Origin: Gracilinanus agilis
Taxonomy: Eukaryota
Assembly (NCBI RefSeq): GCF_016433145.1
Contig: NC_058132.1
Span: 30,782,437-30,846,436, forward strand
DNA: 64,000 bases
Direction: 5' to 3'
Below are positions 45,701 through 56,177 of this stretch, piece after piece. Position 1 is the first letter of the stretch, and every line of letters begins with the position of its first letter. A program made the position numbers and the translations under genes. Under the pieces are notes generated by a model. The model did not search any database. It was not told the DNA's origin and worked only from the letters and a program-made list of their open reading frames with translations.

Positions 45701-47213
45701 CTGTCCTTTGAAGCTTCTTGTTGTTTTTGGAAACCCATAAGAGCAGCTCCTTCCTTTGCCAGTCCAAGGGCAGCCTTCTGCCATCCTTAGGCTCAGATCC
45801 AACTTCCATCTGTCTTCTGGTCTCCCTGACAGTGAGCAGGTAAGGGATGGCCTGGCTCCTTTCATCTCACTCACTGTCATAGGACAAGGGTCTTGTGTTT
45901 CAACTCCCCCCAGTGAATTATCACAGTCTAACACTGACTCAATTTGCTTCCTTTTCCACTGCTGTCACCAACACAACAGAGGCCAAAGAGGACTCCACGA
46001 GGCAAAGGGGTTACTGGGTATTTTTCCCCAAGACTGTCAGCTCCACAAGGGTCTCCTCTAGACTTCGGGGGAGCTAGTTCAGGTCTCTGCATAATGAAAG
46101 TGCTCAACAGATACTTGAAGAAGGAATGAAGACTGAGTAACTACTGATCAATGAAAGTTGAGAAAAAGGCCTGAGAATAGGCATAGCATCTTTCTATTCA
46201 AAGGCTTAAAGACTCCATGTTAGTGATGTGTGGAGGAGCCTTTAAGAGGCCAAATACCTTTAAGTACCAACTTTTAAAATGCTTCAAAATCCCAAAGAAT
46301 CAGTGCAGCAAAGCTTCTGTTTACAGGATTGTGTCTCAACAAGCAACACTGTAGGAGGCCTCTGCTCTACACCAAAAATACCCCTGAACTCTTACATTGG
46401 ATGATCTGATCCATCCCCGGAAACTTGGTGGTGAGCACCCTCTGGTGGTTATGCTATGGGACCTGAACCATGCCTACTCCCAGAAGACTATGATGTTCTG
46501 TTGCTAAGTACCTAGGCTTTCCTCTCATCTCATCCCAGAAGAAAGAATAGTAAGGTCCTATTTAACAGCGAGTGAATCATCCATTACTCTCCACAAGCCC
46601 TCCGCTCCAAACCAGAGGAGATATCATTACTTTCCTTTTCCTCTGTTCAAGAACATAGCTCCCCATTCTACTGCCCTGACATGACCTCCCGACCTTCTTA
46701 ATAATCCAGCCAATCCTCTGATACCCAACTCTATCTCCTCCAGGAAGATTCCCCTGTCTCTTCCAGTTCTTAAGCATTTCTCTCTCCTCTGAATAATCTG
46801 TCTTAAAATATTTAACCCCCCAAAGGAATTCTCTCTTGCCACCCTATAAACTTTTGGGCTAATTCTCCATGATACCAAGTGTATCTCTTCTGAGGGAAGG
46901 TGAATTCACTTTACCTTGAGCCAAAAGAAAATATAATTCAGAAAGAGTCTTCGTGTATATGCCCCCTGCCCACCAAAGGAAAACATCAGTGGGACTCTGG
47001 ATGGCTTTACTACATACCATCTCCACCACTGGGGATGGAAAGATGCTCAATATAAACTGGGTACAAAAGGAAGAGCTAAACTCTGAATATTCCAGATTCT
47101 AAACTCATTACTATAAATGTTTTGTTGATGTGAATTTAATTTGGAAAACTTTTTTAAAAATCAAGCTTAATTTCTTTTAACTTACCCAAGGGAGTGACTT
47201 TAATCTCTGGCAT
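15642..47213 (-). CDS. INTS11: Integrator complex subunit 11 (CPSF3L), metallo-beta-lactamase/beta-CASP endonuclease, 600 aa
   Basis: 17 GT-AG coding exons totalling 1803 nt in frame. [25 protein letters not shown] metal motif, [26 protein letters not shown]-terminus KKGLPQAPS*. Confidence 0.98.
15887..16016 (-). CDS. INTS11: INTS11 coding exon 16 ([20 protein letters not shown])
   Basis: GT-AG, motif match. Confidence 0.95.
16223..16365 (-). CDS. INTS11: INTS11 coding exon 15 ([19 protein letters not shown])
   Basis: GT-AG, motif match. Confidence 0.95.
16671..16732 (-). CDS. INTS11: INTS11 coding exon 14 ([20 protein letters not shown])
   Basis: GT-AG, motif match. Confidence 0.95.
16848..16955 (-). 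CDS. INTS11: INTS11 coding exon 13 ([17 protein letters not shown])
   Basis: GT-AG, motif match. Confidence 0.95.
17457..17619 (-). CDS. INTS11: INTS11 coding exon 12 ([21 protein letters not shown])
   Basis: GT-AG, motif match. Confidence 0.97.
17622..17820. repeat. Purine-rich low-complexity (AGAC/GGCA-like) tract
   Basis: Degenerate tetranucleotide repeats, no CT dinucleotide on the + strand. Confidence 0.85.
17822..19480 (-). mobile_element. Decayed RTE-clade LINE (5' region and endonuclease), interrupted by SINEs at ~18000-18300
   Basis: Minus-strand remnants [63 protein letters not shown] typical of RTE ORF. Confidence 0.8.
18033..18295. repeat. Inverted SINE pair (~85-bp arms)
   Basis: 18033-18116 is the near reverse complement of 18212-18295. 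Confidence 0.85.
20124..20313. mobile_element. hAT/Charlie-type MITE with damaged right TIR
   Basis: Left end CAGTGATGGGCAAACT; right end GGGCCGTAGT..CACTG lacking ~8 nt; TSD not recognisable. Confidence 0.55.
21790..21879 (-). CDS. INTS11: INTS11 coding exon 11 ([19 protein letters not shown])
   Basis: GT-AG, motif match. Confidence 0.97.
22516..22599 (-). CDS. INTS11: INTS11 coding exon 10 ([20 protein letters not shown])
   Basis: GT-AG, motif match. Confidence 0.97.
23130..23319 (-). CDS. INTS11: INTS11 coding exon 9 ([16 protein letters not shown])
   Basis: GT-AG, motif match. Confidence 0.97.
24108..24172 (-). CDS. INTS11: INTS11 coding exon 8 ([21 protein letters not shown])
   Basis: GT-AG, motif match. 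Confidence 0.97.
26157..26295 (-). CDS. INTS11: INTS11 coding exon 7 ([23 protein letters not shown])
   Basis: GT-AG, motif match. Confidence 0.97.
27212..27246 (-). CDS. INTS11: INTS11 coding exon 6 ([11 protein letters not shown])
   Basis: GT-AG, motif match. Confidence 0.95.
27368..27466 (-). CDS. INTS11: INTS11 coding exon 5 ([22 protein letters not shown])
   Basis: GT-AG, motif match. Confidence 0.97.
27719..27925 (+). mobile_element. SINE1-like element with 14-bp TSD
   Basis: AAAAGGAAAATTAA at 27705-27718 and 27926-27939. Confidence 0.9.
28994..29199. mobile_element. Non-autonomous hAT (Charlie-type) MITE, 206 bp
   Basis: TIRs CAGGGGTCAGCAGC / revcomp CAGGGGTCGGCAAC (12/14); 8-bp TSD ACCTAAAG / ATCTAAAG (7/8). 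Confidence 0.85.
29393..29621 (-). CDS. INTS11: INTS11 coding exon 4 ([17 protein letters not shown])
   Basis: GT-AG, HxHxDH motif. Confidence 0.98.
31433..31506 (-). CDS. INTS11: INTS11 coding exon 3 ([24 protein letters not shown])
   Basis: GT-AG, motif match. Confidence 0.97.
32531..32628 (-). CDS. INTS11: INTS11 coding exon 2 ([14 protein letters not shown])
   Basis: GT-AG, motif match. Confidence 0.97.
35496..35702 (+). mobile_element. Young SINE1-like element in L1, perfect 16-bp TSD
   Basis: AAGAATATGTATATTT at 35480-35495 and 35703-35718; near-consensus body. Confidence 0.92.
38670..39009. mobile_element. Tc1/mariner Tigger-type MITE inside the L1
   Basis: TA flanks at 38668-38669 and 39010-39011; imperfect TIRs CAGTGATCCCTCAC.. 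/ revcomp CAGTTGTCCTTTGC.. Confidence 0.7.
41680..42800. mobile_element. L2/MIR remnants (also ~2750-3090, ~3870-4390, ~24900-25400, ~44250-45230); approximate
   Basis: L2-type phrases such as CAACTATCATCTCTATGCA and TTCAGTAATGGAAGGGACAGAAGCTAGA. Confidence 0.55.
47186..47213 (-). CDS. INTS11: INTS11 coding exon 1 ([10 protein letters not shown]); full exon about 47186-47335
   Basis: ATGCCAGAGATTAAAGTCACTCCCTTGG|GTAAG. Confidence 0.92.
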
Positions 47214-48741
47214 GTTAAGAGTGGGAAAGTTTTCAGCACTTCATCAGGCTAGGTCCAGGACACCACAGAGCAGAATCAACAAAGCACAGACTTTTGGAGA
47301 TTACACAGGTACCATTTGTCTGGATATCTTAATTTCTAAAAAGGAAAAGGATCAAATCAGAAGACTGTTACTTTTTACAATGACTATGAAGTAATTTAAA
47401 TCCTACAGGAGGGATAAGTCTTACTTTACCCTACTAACACAACAGTATACTAGAGGTCTCTAGAGAGTAAAGCATGCTAGGAAAACATGGTGATGATGCC
47501 AACAGTATTGTTTTAATGTTTTAATTTAGTCAGGAGGTCTGAGTTCTAGATCCTAAATCGTTCAAATCCTTTTTCTTCATCTGTAAAATAAGGATAATAA
47601 AAAGTGTACTGCCTATCTGTCTCTGAAAATTTACAGTTGGAAAGGACCTTGGAAATCATCTAGTTCACACTCCTTCATTTTAGAGAAAGGGAAATAAGAG
47701 TCATAGGAGTTAAATAGTCTACAGCCACACAGATAAACAAATAAAAGAGCATAAGTCTCTGAGTCTAGCATGGGCTGAACCAGATGAATTCTAAGGACCT
47801 TCTCAACTCTAATTCCAAATCCATTGTTCTTCCCATATTGCCTCTTTACATGATTGCTTTAAGGGAAAATTTTGTAAGCTATTCAGTGCTACAAGAAATA
47901 AGAACTACCACTACTAGTAGTCCGGAGCATTTTCCTGCCTCCAAAAACAATTTTTTGAATTTACACACCACTGGTTGACCCCTTTGAATTACCTTCTCCT
48001 TCTAGGGTATGTGGTTTAGGATTATCTGCTGCAGAAGCTACTTACTTCCTATATGAGCACTGATAAATCATACAAGAAGCAATATAGCATGATAAAAAGG
48101 GCACAGGATTTGAAGTCAAGGGACCCTGGCTCAAATTTTGACTCTGCTACTTACTATTTTAGTGACTCTAGGCAAGTCATTCTCTGAGCCAGCAAACCAA
48201 TCTTTAGTCCCTGCTCTGACCACTGACTCAGTGACCTTCAGCAAGTTACACAATCTCACAATGCCTCAGTTTCTTCATTTGTAAAGTGGAGGAGGGCCAA
48301 AAAGAAACCTTAAAATCCTATCCAGTCCTAAATTCTATGACCCCAGGATGGCGTCTCCCTGAGCTCACCTGCATCTTCACACTGTGACCCAACCAAAGGC
48401 AGGTTTTGTTGGAAAATCACAAGAACCCCTAGATACATGGGCAAGTGACCACCCAAGCCTTGTGAGCAGTTGCTCGCCTACGGTGACGTCACTCGCCTGC
48501 ATACCAGCGGGTAAGTCCCTGTGGATCTCATGGCCGCTCGCCTTAGGCAAGCTGACTCTTCTGCCCTCCTCGTCCTGAGCTAGGGTCCGCTAGGGGAGGC
48601 GAGTAAGGCATTGAAGGAGAATCCCCGGGAAATCGATCGACCCTCTTCTCCCCACCCACCACTCCCGGGAAAGGACCCCAATGTTTCCCTCTTCCCACCT
48701 CAGCCCTCCATAGATCAAGCCGCACAGGCTTCCGTACTCAC

Positions 48742-48860
48742 AGCCAGTCCTAGAGCTTTGCGCCTGCGCGCAGAGCGGGGCCAGCGGCAACGTCCCCAGG
48801 CTATTACGCAGAAGCAACTCTAGCCTATGAGATAGATTCTCTGCGCCTAGAGCCCGCCTC
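48742..48860 (-). other. INTS11: Putative non-coding first exon of INTS11 (5' end approximate)
   Basis: Minus-strand donor GCT|GTGAGT at 48741 in the CpG island; no ATG in the segment. Confidence 0.55.
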
Positions 48861-48934
48861 CGTAGAGCGGACGCTCTCTCCCGGCTCTCCATTAGACGCT
48901 GACCCAGCCAATCAAGTGGGGGCGGGGCCAAGGC

Positions 48935-49006
48935 CTTAGAGGCGGATCTTGGTAGTGATTGGAGGGGATTGATGACCGAAGAACCTGCATTCTGAGGAAA
49001 CGTCAG
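48935..49006 (+). other. CPTP: Putative non-coding first exon of CPTP (5' end approximate)
   Basis: CAG|GTGAGA donor at 49006/49007; alternative TAG|GTAAGG at 49021/49022. Confidence 0.55.
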
Positions 49007-50160
49007 GTGAGAAAGGTGTAGGTAAGGGGAGGTGGTAGCCCCGCGGGGTCTCCTCTAGGGTGCCGGGGGTCGGGGAACTATAGGCGGGTATCAGGGTTGC
49101 CGGGGGGGAGACCCTAGCCCCTGACTGGACCGAGAGCCCTGGGGGTGGGGAGGGCGGAGGGGTCAAAGGTCATGGGTCCCCACCCCGGGGCCCCCTACGC
49201 TGCGGGTACGGGGACCCGGCGGCATCTGGGGCTCCAATTCCTGCCTGATTAGCTGGAGGACCTCGACTTCAGTTTCCCCATCTGTGAAATAAAGGAGATC
49301 AGACGAGATGGACTCCTTAATCGCTCTGGGTCCCTTGTCTTTGAACTGGAGGGACTTCACCTGGGTCACAGGATATTAACCTGGATCCATCAGCTTTTAA
49401 TATTTAATATTCTGAAAGCTCTATTTATAGAAATAAATTGTATATAAATTATATTACATAATTGTATGTTTTTATATATAAATTATGTATAGTATAAACA
49501 TGTGTATAATTATACAATTATATTAATACATTTATATAAATACATTTTATATATGTGTGTGTGATTCTTCTGTAATGTATGTATTTTGTGCACTTAAAAA
49601 CAGCATAAAGGGGTCCATGATACCCCAAAAGATGAAGAATTCCCCAGAATCTCCAAGCATTCTCTCAGACCTGACATTCTGTTATTGTGTTGTTTTTTTC
49701 AAGGATGTGACTTTAGTGCCTAGAAGCAGTATCAGAAGAACCAGGAACAGGATCCGGGGCTCCTCTCCCCTTTGACCTTCCCTATCTCCCTGGTACGTGT
49801 GGATGGCGCTGCTGTATCATTAGAGTTGGGTCTGCTCTGGGCTGAGTCAGACTCTGCTGCTCTGACATTGATTTTTGCTTGTGGTTAGTGTTCAATAGAC
49901 ACACTCTAAATTAAGTAGGATGTGAGCCGAGGACTAGCGTCAGGCTTGCAATCAAACCCTGGACCACTGTTGTTCGAGGGCCACAAAGCCTTTGGTTTGA
50001 GCTAGGCAGAGTGCCCATGCCTTTTTGCATAGCCAGGCTGTTTGGGAAGTGTTGACACCCTGTGTTTCTTTGTTTGCTCTTAGTCATAACCTCCCCAACC
50101 CCTTTCTTCATCACTGGCCTTGAAGATTTAACAAGTGGTTTATGGCAGAAAGTAATCATA

Positions 50161-50347
50161 GGGGGCAGCTGGGTAGCTCAGTGGATTGAGAGTCAGGCCT
50201 AGAGATGGGAGGTCCTAGGTTCAAATCCAGCCTCAGACACTTCCCAGCTGTGTGACCCTGGGCAGGTCACTTGACCCTCATTGCCCACCCTTCCCACTCT
50301 TCCACCTGTGAGCCAATATACAGAAGTTAAGGGTTTAAAAAGAAAAA
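50161..50347 (+). mobile_element. SINE1-like element with ~13-bp TSD
   Basis: AAAGTAATCATAG on both flanks. Confidence 0.85.
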
Positions 50348-51070
50348 AAAGTAATCATAGGAAAGTCAGAGTGATATCTGGTGAAGGTCATCAGCCTTAC
50401 CTTTCAGAAGCTGAGCCAAAACCATCCATCCTCAGCCTGCAACCTCAGCTGTTCAATCTGTTCAAAACTATTTCCTTTCTTCATTTCTCAGTATTACATA
50501 ACAAACTATGGGGTCAAAGAACATTAAAGAGTCCAACAGCCTTTTCCTGCTTACTATTGGCTTCCTTCTCCATCATGAGAAAGCATGAGGCTATTTAAGC
50601 AATAAATTTATGTCATTGACTGATAAACCATCAGAGCTGGGAGAGATTCTAGACTAGAATGTCAGAGTTGGAAGGGACCTTAGAGGTCATTGGTCCAATC
50701 CTCTCATTTTCCATATAGTAGAGCTGAGAACCAGAATGAACAACTGAGCACAGGTTAGATCTCCTAACTTCTAGAATCATCTTTTCCAATATGCCACACT
50801 CATTCATCTTCAAGTCTCTAGGATCTTCTACTCTCCCATCCCCATTTGTAAATCCATTCCCATCCCTCTTTTTTGATTTTAAATTTTTAATCATTTAGGC
50901 AGTCATCAAGGTCATATTGAACACCAGTTCTTTGTTCTGGACTGTGCTGGGTACACAGGGGAACACAAAAATATAGGTCTTTCTGTTTTTTCAACCCTTA
51001 TTTCCAACTTAGAATTGATACTAAGTATTGGTTCCAAGGCACAATAGTAGTAAGGACTAGGCAGCTGGGC

Positions 51071-51313
51071 TTAAGTGACTTGCCCAGGGACACAGAGCTT
51101 GGAAGTGTCTGAGGCCCGATTTGAACCGAGGTTCTCCTGACTCCAGGCCTGACTCTTTATCCACTGAGCCACCTATATGCCTTTGGTTCTTTCTTTAAAG
51201 AGCTTATAATCTTAGGCAGCTAGGTGGCATAGTGGCTAGAGAGTCAGATGGACCAGGGTTCAAATCTGGCCTCAGATACTTCCTAGCTGTGTGACCCTGG
51301 GCAAGTCACTTAA
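51071..51313. repeat. Head-to-head inverted SINE pair in CPTP intron 1
   Basis: Antisense SINE ending ~51174 and sense SINE starting ~51215; ~100-bp complementary arms. Confidence 0.75.
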
Positions 51314-52122
51314 CCCCATTTGCCTATTTTTTTTTTTTTGCCAGTTTCTTCATCTTCATTTTTTGTGTGTGATTTGAAAATCTTTATTTAATTAATTAAT
51401 TTAGAGTATTTTTCCATGGTTACATGATTTATGCTCTTTCCCTCCCCTCCTCCTACTCACCCCCCCCCCCAGTCAACAAGCAATTCCACTGGGTTTTATA
51501 TGTGTCATTGATCAAAACCTATTTCCATATTATTAATATTAGGGTGATCCCCATTTGCCTATTTTCAAAAAAATAAAAGAGTCCATAGTCTGGGGATGTG
51601 GAAGCCACACACAGCCAACCATATTGACCATTGCAGAAAGAAGGAGTAGCTCTTAAATCTGTGCCAGGCTTATAGCAGTAGAATAATTGGTCATATCCTT
51701 CCTCTCCTTCCTACTTTCCTGTACTAAGTGGAGCATCACAGACAAACTCTCTGTGTTGTTCCCCGCCCTCTCTTTAGTGGCTCATCTCAATAATTCCTGT
51801 TCATTCTTCTACTCTGTCTGGGAAGTTGGACTTGGGTCCAGCGCAGGCGGCCGAAGAACCACAGACACAGGAGGTTCCAGGGCAAGGCCTGCCCTCCAGG
51901 TCAGCCTCTCCCATCTCAGCCTTGCTGATAGCTTTGTAGGGAGTGGATTTACCAGGGTTTCTTGGAGCTCTGAGCTTGGTGTGGGGAAGGCACTCTTTCT
52001 GAAGTAACTTGGGAGAAAGACAACTTGTTACATCAGGAGCTCCACTCTGGTTAGTCCTCCGAAGCAGTCAGGATTAACCTGATCAGCCAGGTGTTTCCGT
52101 GTGTTTCAGGTTGTGGCGGATC

Positions 52123-52244
52123 ATGGCTGACGTAAACACAGATTTTAACCTCAAGGCTGTTCTGATTAACTTCAAGCAATGCCTCGGCGAGAAGGAGGAG
52201 GTCCTCATGGACCCTTATCTGACTGGTTGGAAAGGGCTTATCAA
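52123..52244 (+). CDS. CPTP: CPTP coding exon 1 (MADVNTDFNLK..GWKGLI)
   Basis: ATCATGG start, AA|GTGAGT donor. Confidence 0.95.
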
Positions 52245-53834
52245 GTGAGTGTACTTCCCAAGGACTTTGGCCAGAGTGCCAGGGAGAGCTCGTGCCGTGG
52301 TGAGGGGAGGGGTGCTTAGAGCTCCAGGCCTGGCATCAGGAAGACCAGTGTTCAAATCCAGCCTCAAGACACTTAACTGTGTCTGTGTGATCCTGGACAA
52401 CTCACTTGATCTATTTGCCTCAGTTTCTGCAAAGTGGGCTAATAATAGCACCTGCCTCTTGGGTTGTTGTGAGGATCAGTTGGCACAGAGTAAGCATTAT
52501 GTAAATGTGAGCTATTATTATTATTATTCTCCCTTTTGTGTGAGGAGGGGCTAGTGAAATGTGGGAGGCCAGGCTAGGGTGAGTGTCAGACTGCTTAGAT
52601 GGGAAGAGGAAAGTGTCCCTGATCATCACACACCTTTGGAGGAAGGACTCCTGGGTGAAGAGTTGATTAGCACATGGAAGGAATGGACTTGTGGCTGAAC
52701 AGGAGACCACCCATACAGGGAGCAGAGCTTCTTGGGGAGCAGTTTTATGTTCCTTACAAGCATTTGGCAAACATCAGTGACCCCATCTCAGTGCTGAATT
52801 CTCCTGTCAGCCCACAAGATCCAACATGTAGACACTCATGCCAAGGTACCACTGAGGATCCCTCTGGTATCCTGGGGAGATAGTTGGGACCAAGGGGCTC
52901 AGAAGTTAATACAGGATCCCCCCATACCCTCCAGTGATGTCCTCTTTGGCCACCAGAGCCATGCCTGAGCCTAATGCAGTCACTGGGAAAGGGAAGCAGC
53001 CACAAGGGTGTTGTGCTATTTTCATTTTACTGTACAACCTAGATGACCTGGGTCCCCATGCATTTCCTATTGTTAGTGTTGGTGACTCTCCTCCTGAGAA
53101 CCAGAATACCTGGTTTTGCTGCTACCCATTCCCTCCCTGTTTCCTTTAGCTGATTCATATGTTTAAAGAAAGCAGCCTGGCCCAGGGAAATCCCCTTTGG
53201 CCTCTCCACTCCCACCAGCCTGGGATGTGGCATCATTCCTCAGTGAGGGAGCTGGATGCCCTAGCAGGGTCCTCCAGCCCTGTGATGCTTTGTTTGGTCC
53301 TTAAAATATAGGTTCTTGAACAACCTTGGTGCTGTTTTCGCCTTCATCTCCAAGGACGTGCTGACCAAAGTCCAGATCATGGAGAAATTCCGCAACAGTG
53401 ATCAGAAAGAAAATTACTTAAGCCTGCAGTCCATGGTGAAATATGAGATAAGCAACAACCTGGTGGACTTCCAGAAGCGTGCCGACCATCCCGACTCTGG
53501 CTGCCGAACCATCCTTCGTCTGCACCGGGCCCTGCACTGGCTGCAGTTGTTCCTGGATGGGCTGAGGACCAGCCAGGAGGACTCCAAGACCTCAGCCCTG
53601 TGCACAGACTCCTACAACATTGCTCTGGCCACCTACCACCCCTGGCTCATCCGCAAAGCTGTCACCGTGGCTTTCTGCACCCTGCCTGCCCGCAATGCCT
53701 TTCTAGAGACCATGAACGTGGGCACCCCCGAGGAAGCTGTGGAGATGCTCAGTGATGCCATGCCCTTCATTGGCCAGGTCTACCAGCTCTCCCAAAAACT
53801 CTTTGAGGAGAATGCCCTGCTGGACCTTCCATAG
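52123..53834 (+). CDS. CPTP: Ceramide-1-phosphate transfer protein (GLTPD1), 214 aa
   Basis: join(52123-52244, 53312-53834) = 645 nt. GLTP fold; D56, K60, R97, R106, R110, R113, W117 and H150 sit at the numbering I recall for human CPTP. Exon acceptor TTTCAG| at 52109. Confidence 0.96.
53312..53834 (+). CDS. CPTP: CPTP coding exon 2 (FLNNLGAVF..LLDLP*)
   Basis: ATATAG| acceptor, TAG stop. Confidence 0.96.
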
Positions 53835-56171
53835 CTGAGGGGAGGCCAGGCCCTAGGGTGACTCTCCCACCTCAGACACCAGGTTAAGAGGCTACAACCC
53901 ACACCACTCACTGATGCTTCAGTTGGAGTTCGCCTGGTTTCTCTTTCCCCATCTTCCACCAATCTCGGACTTGAATGGGAATAGGCATTTGGAAAATTGG
54001 GTGGCTCTCCTCAAAGAAGAATCAAAGAATCATTGACGAAACTTGGATTGGAGATCAGTGGAAACCAGAGGGCCAGGTTTGTGTCTTGAGGGTGGCTGGT
54101 TTCAGCTCTTCTTGACCTGCCTACTGTTTGAAGCATCAGAAATAACCTTAAGTAAAATCATGTGGCCTCTGGGGAAGTCAGACAACTCTACCCACAGCTC
54201 AGACGGCTTACTCCCCTAATCAAAAGCCGAAAGAAGAAAACTTATTTTATCTTTTATTTTGAATCACATTGCAGTGGTTAGGCTGCAAACGGAAGTATGT
54301 GCAATTAAATATCTTATCTGTTCTGATGTTAACTCCTGCCTGCCTCCCATCCCGGCCAAAAAGAGCATTTTACTGTTTAACGAGGGAGTTGGGGATCAGA
54401 GAAGAAGCCATCTTAGAGTTAAGTTCATGGAGCTCTCGTTTTTCATTTCTGACTATTTGATCAGCCTCATCTCTGAAACGGTTCTTTAGTGAAATGTAAA
54501 ACCTCTGGGTCCAATCCAGTTATCTCAGGGGCAAAAGAATTTCTTTCCTTTTCCAGTCTCTCATAAGCTTTATATGTAAAGCAAGCATTTACGTGTATCC
54601 AAAGGTTACCACCTCCTGCTCGTGGGTCTCTAGCAAGGGAAGCAACAACCTTTATAGGATTTCCCCAGGTGCTCTCAGCTGGATTTTTTTTTTTAAGTGT
54701 CTCAGGTGTCTTACCAAAGACAGTATTGTCATCCATACCACTGATGGTGTTTTCCCTCCTCGAATGCCAGGGCTCAGGCCCAGCCACTGAGTGATGATGA
54801 ACCAACTGCCAGGCAACGGTCCCATCAGGGAGGCCTTAGCCATGCACATAATATTGGAGAGTTAAGCACATCCCTGCCTGGCATGCGATTTGGGGGCATT
54901 TCCTGATCTCCTGACAGAAATGCCATGAATTCTACATTTTGGCAATGGAGCAGAATTTCTGGCCGGACCTCATTGCAGGCTATTACTTAAAACCCTGGAG
55001 GCTGCTGAGCGACCATTCATAGCCCATCATCAACAATATTAATGGCCAACTCACCCCCCACCCCCATCCCCAGGGAGAGGCTAGAAGCACAAGCTGTCTC
55101 CTAGGCCCTTCTCTTTAGAAAAAGCCCTTCAGGAAAATACCTGTTCCTGAATGGTTATCCCCAAGATCACGTCCCTCCGGGGACTCACATTTCCCAGATA
55201 AAGGTTATCACCAAGCCTGCAACTCTCCTGGGACGGAACCTCCCCATCCACCCCAAAGGAGGCTCCCTCTGAAAGATGCGAGAAGTAGAGGACCTTTTTA
55301 TAGCAGCTGAAATGCTGCTTGCAGGGGCATGTGCTGCCCCAAGCAAATCCCCTCACCTGCACCCCCCAAGAGACCGGAGGGCCACGTTTTCCATCTTAGC
55401 TTTCAAATTGTGGCTTCTGTTAGAGTCGCTTGCTGAGACGCCCAAAGGCTGTTGCTTGACCCCATGTTTTGAACCTGAGAACCTCATCCTTCATGTGGCA
55501 CAGCTTCCCATCTTTGTCCCTGCTGGGCTTCCCTGAGTGCTCTTCTTTCCGGTGCTGTGCTCTTGACCTACAAGCTTTTCTGCCACCATCACCAGGGGGA
55601 TGGGCTTCTATCCTCGGTACCTGCACTGTGGAGGGGTGGCAGCAGCCCTGAGTGGAGAGGAGAGGGAGCCCTGGCATCATCAGCTGTTTCCTGAGAGCTG
55701 GCAACTTGGGAGAAGGAGTGCTATTCTGCACTGTGCCCCAGTGGTTTCCCAAGAAACGGAAACATCGGGTTCTTTTATGGGGGCTAGAGCAGGAGGAGGA
55801 GTAACAAGAGGGGCTTCCCATGGCTCTGTTGCCCATATGGTATCCGCTGGATGCCATTGACCAGATGATCCAAACACCGGTCCGAGCTTGGAATCCATTA
55901 GCTGTGCCACAGCTGAGGAGCCAGGGCCGGGAAGCGGGGTACCTGGGGTTGTCTTGTGTGTCCCTCCCTGGATTTTCTGCTGCTCTCCATCCGCCCCTGA
56001 TTGCACATTCCCCAGGAGTTCTGCTTCCTGCTAATCTGCCCTTGATGCATTGTTCCCTTGGAGATCATTCACCTGTCAGTGTGACCCTTGTGTAATAACC
56101 TGTGTCCAGCAGCACTGTGCAACTTCATCCTTTGGGGGAATTATAATACCTTTGATTATTTTTGCATTTAA

Positions 56172-56177
56172 AATAAA
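56172..56177 (+). terminator. Likely CPTP distal poly(A) signal AATAAA (proximal ATTAAA at 54304-54309)
   Basis: Canonical hexamer ~2.3 kb after the stop. Confidence 0.5.

Larger units (their letters stand above)
48740..49010. promoter_or_regulatory. Bidirectional INTS11/CPTP promoter
   Basis: CpG-rich. NRF1-like TGCGCCTGCGCGCA 48759-48772, CCAAT 48908-48912, GC box GGGGCGGGGC 48919-48928, inverted CCAAT 48958-48962; divergent splice donors at 48741 (-) and 49007 (+). Confidence 0.8.

Noticed and set aside
54300-54330. Weak resemblance to U2 snRNA (TATCTTATCTGTTCTGAT)
   Set aside because: Too short and rearranged; flanks do not match.
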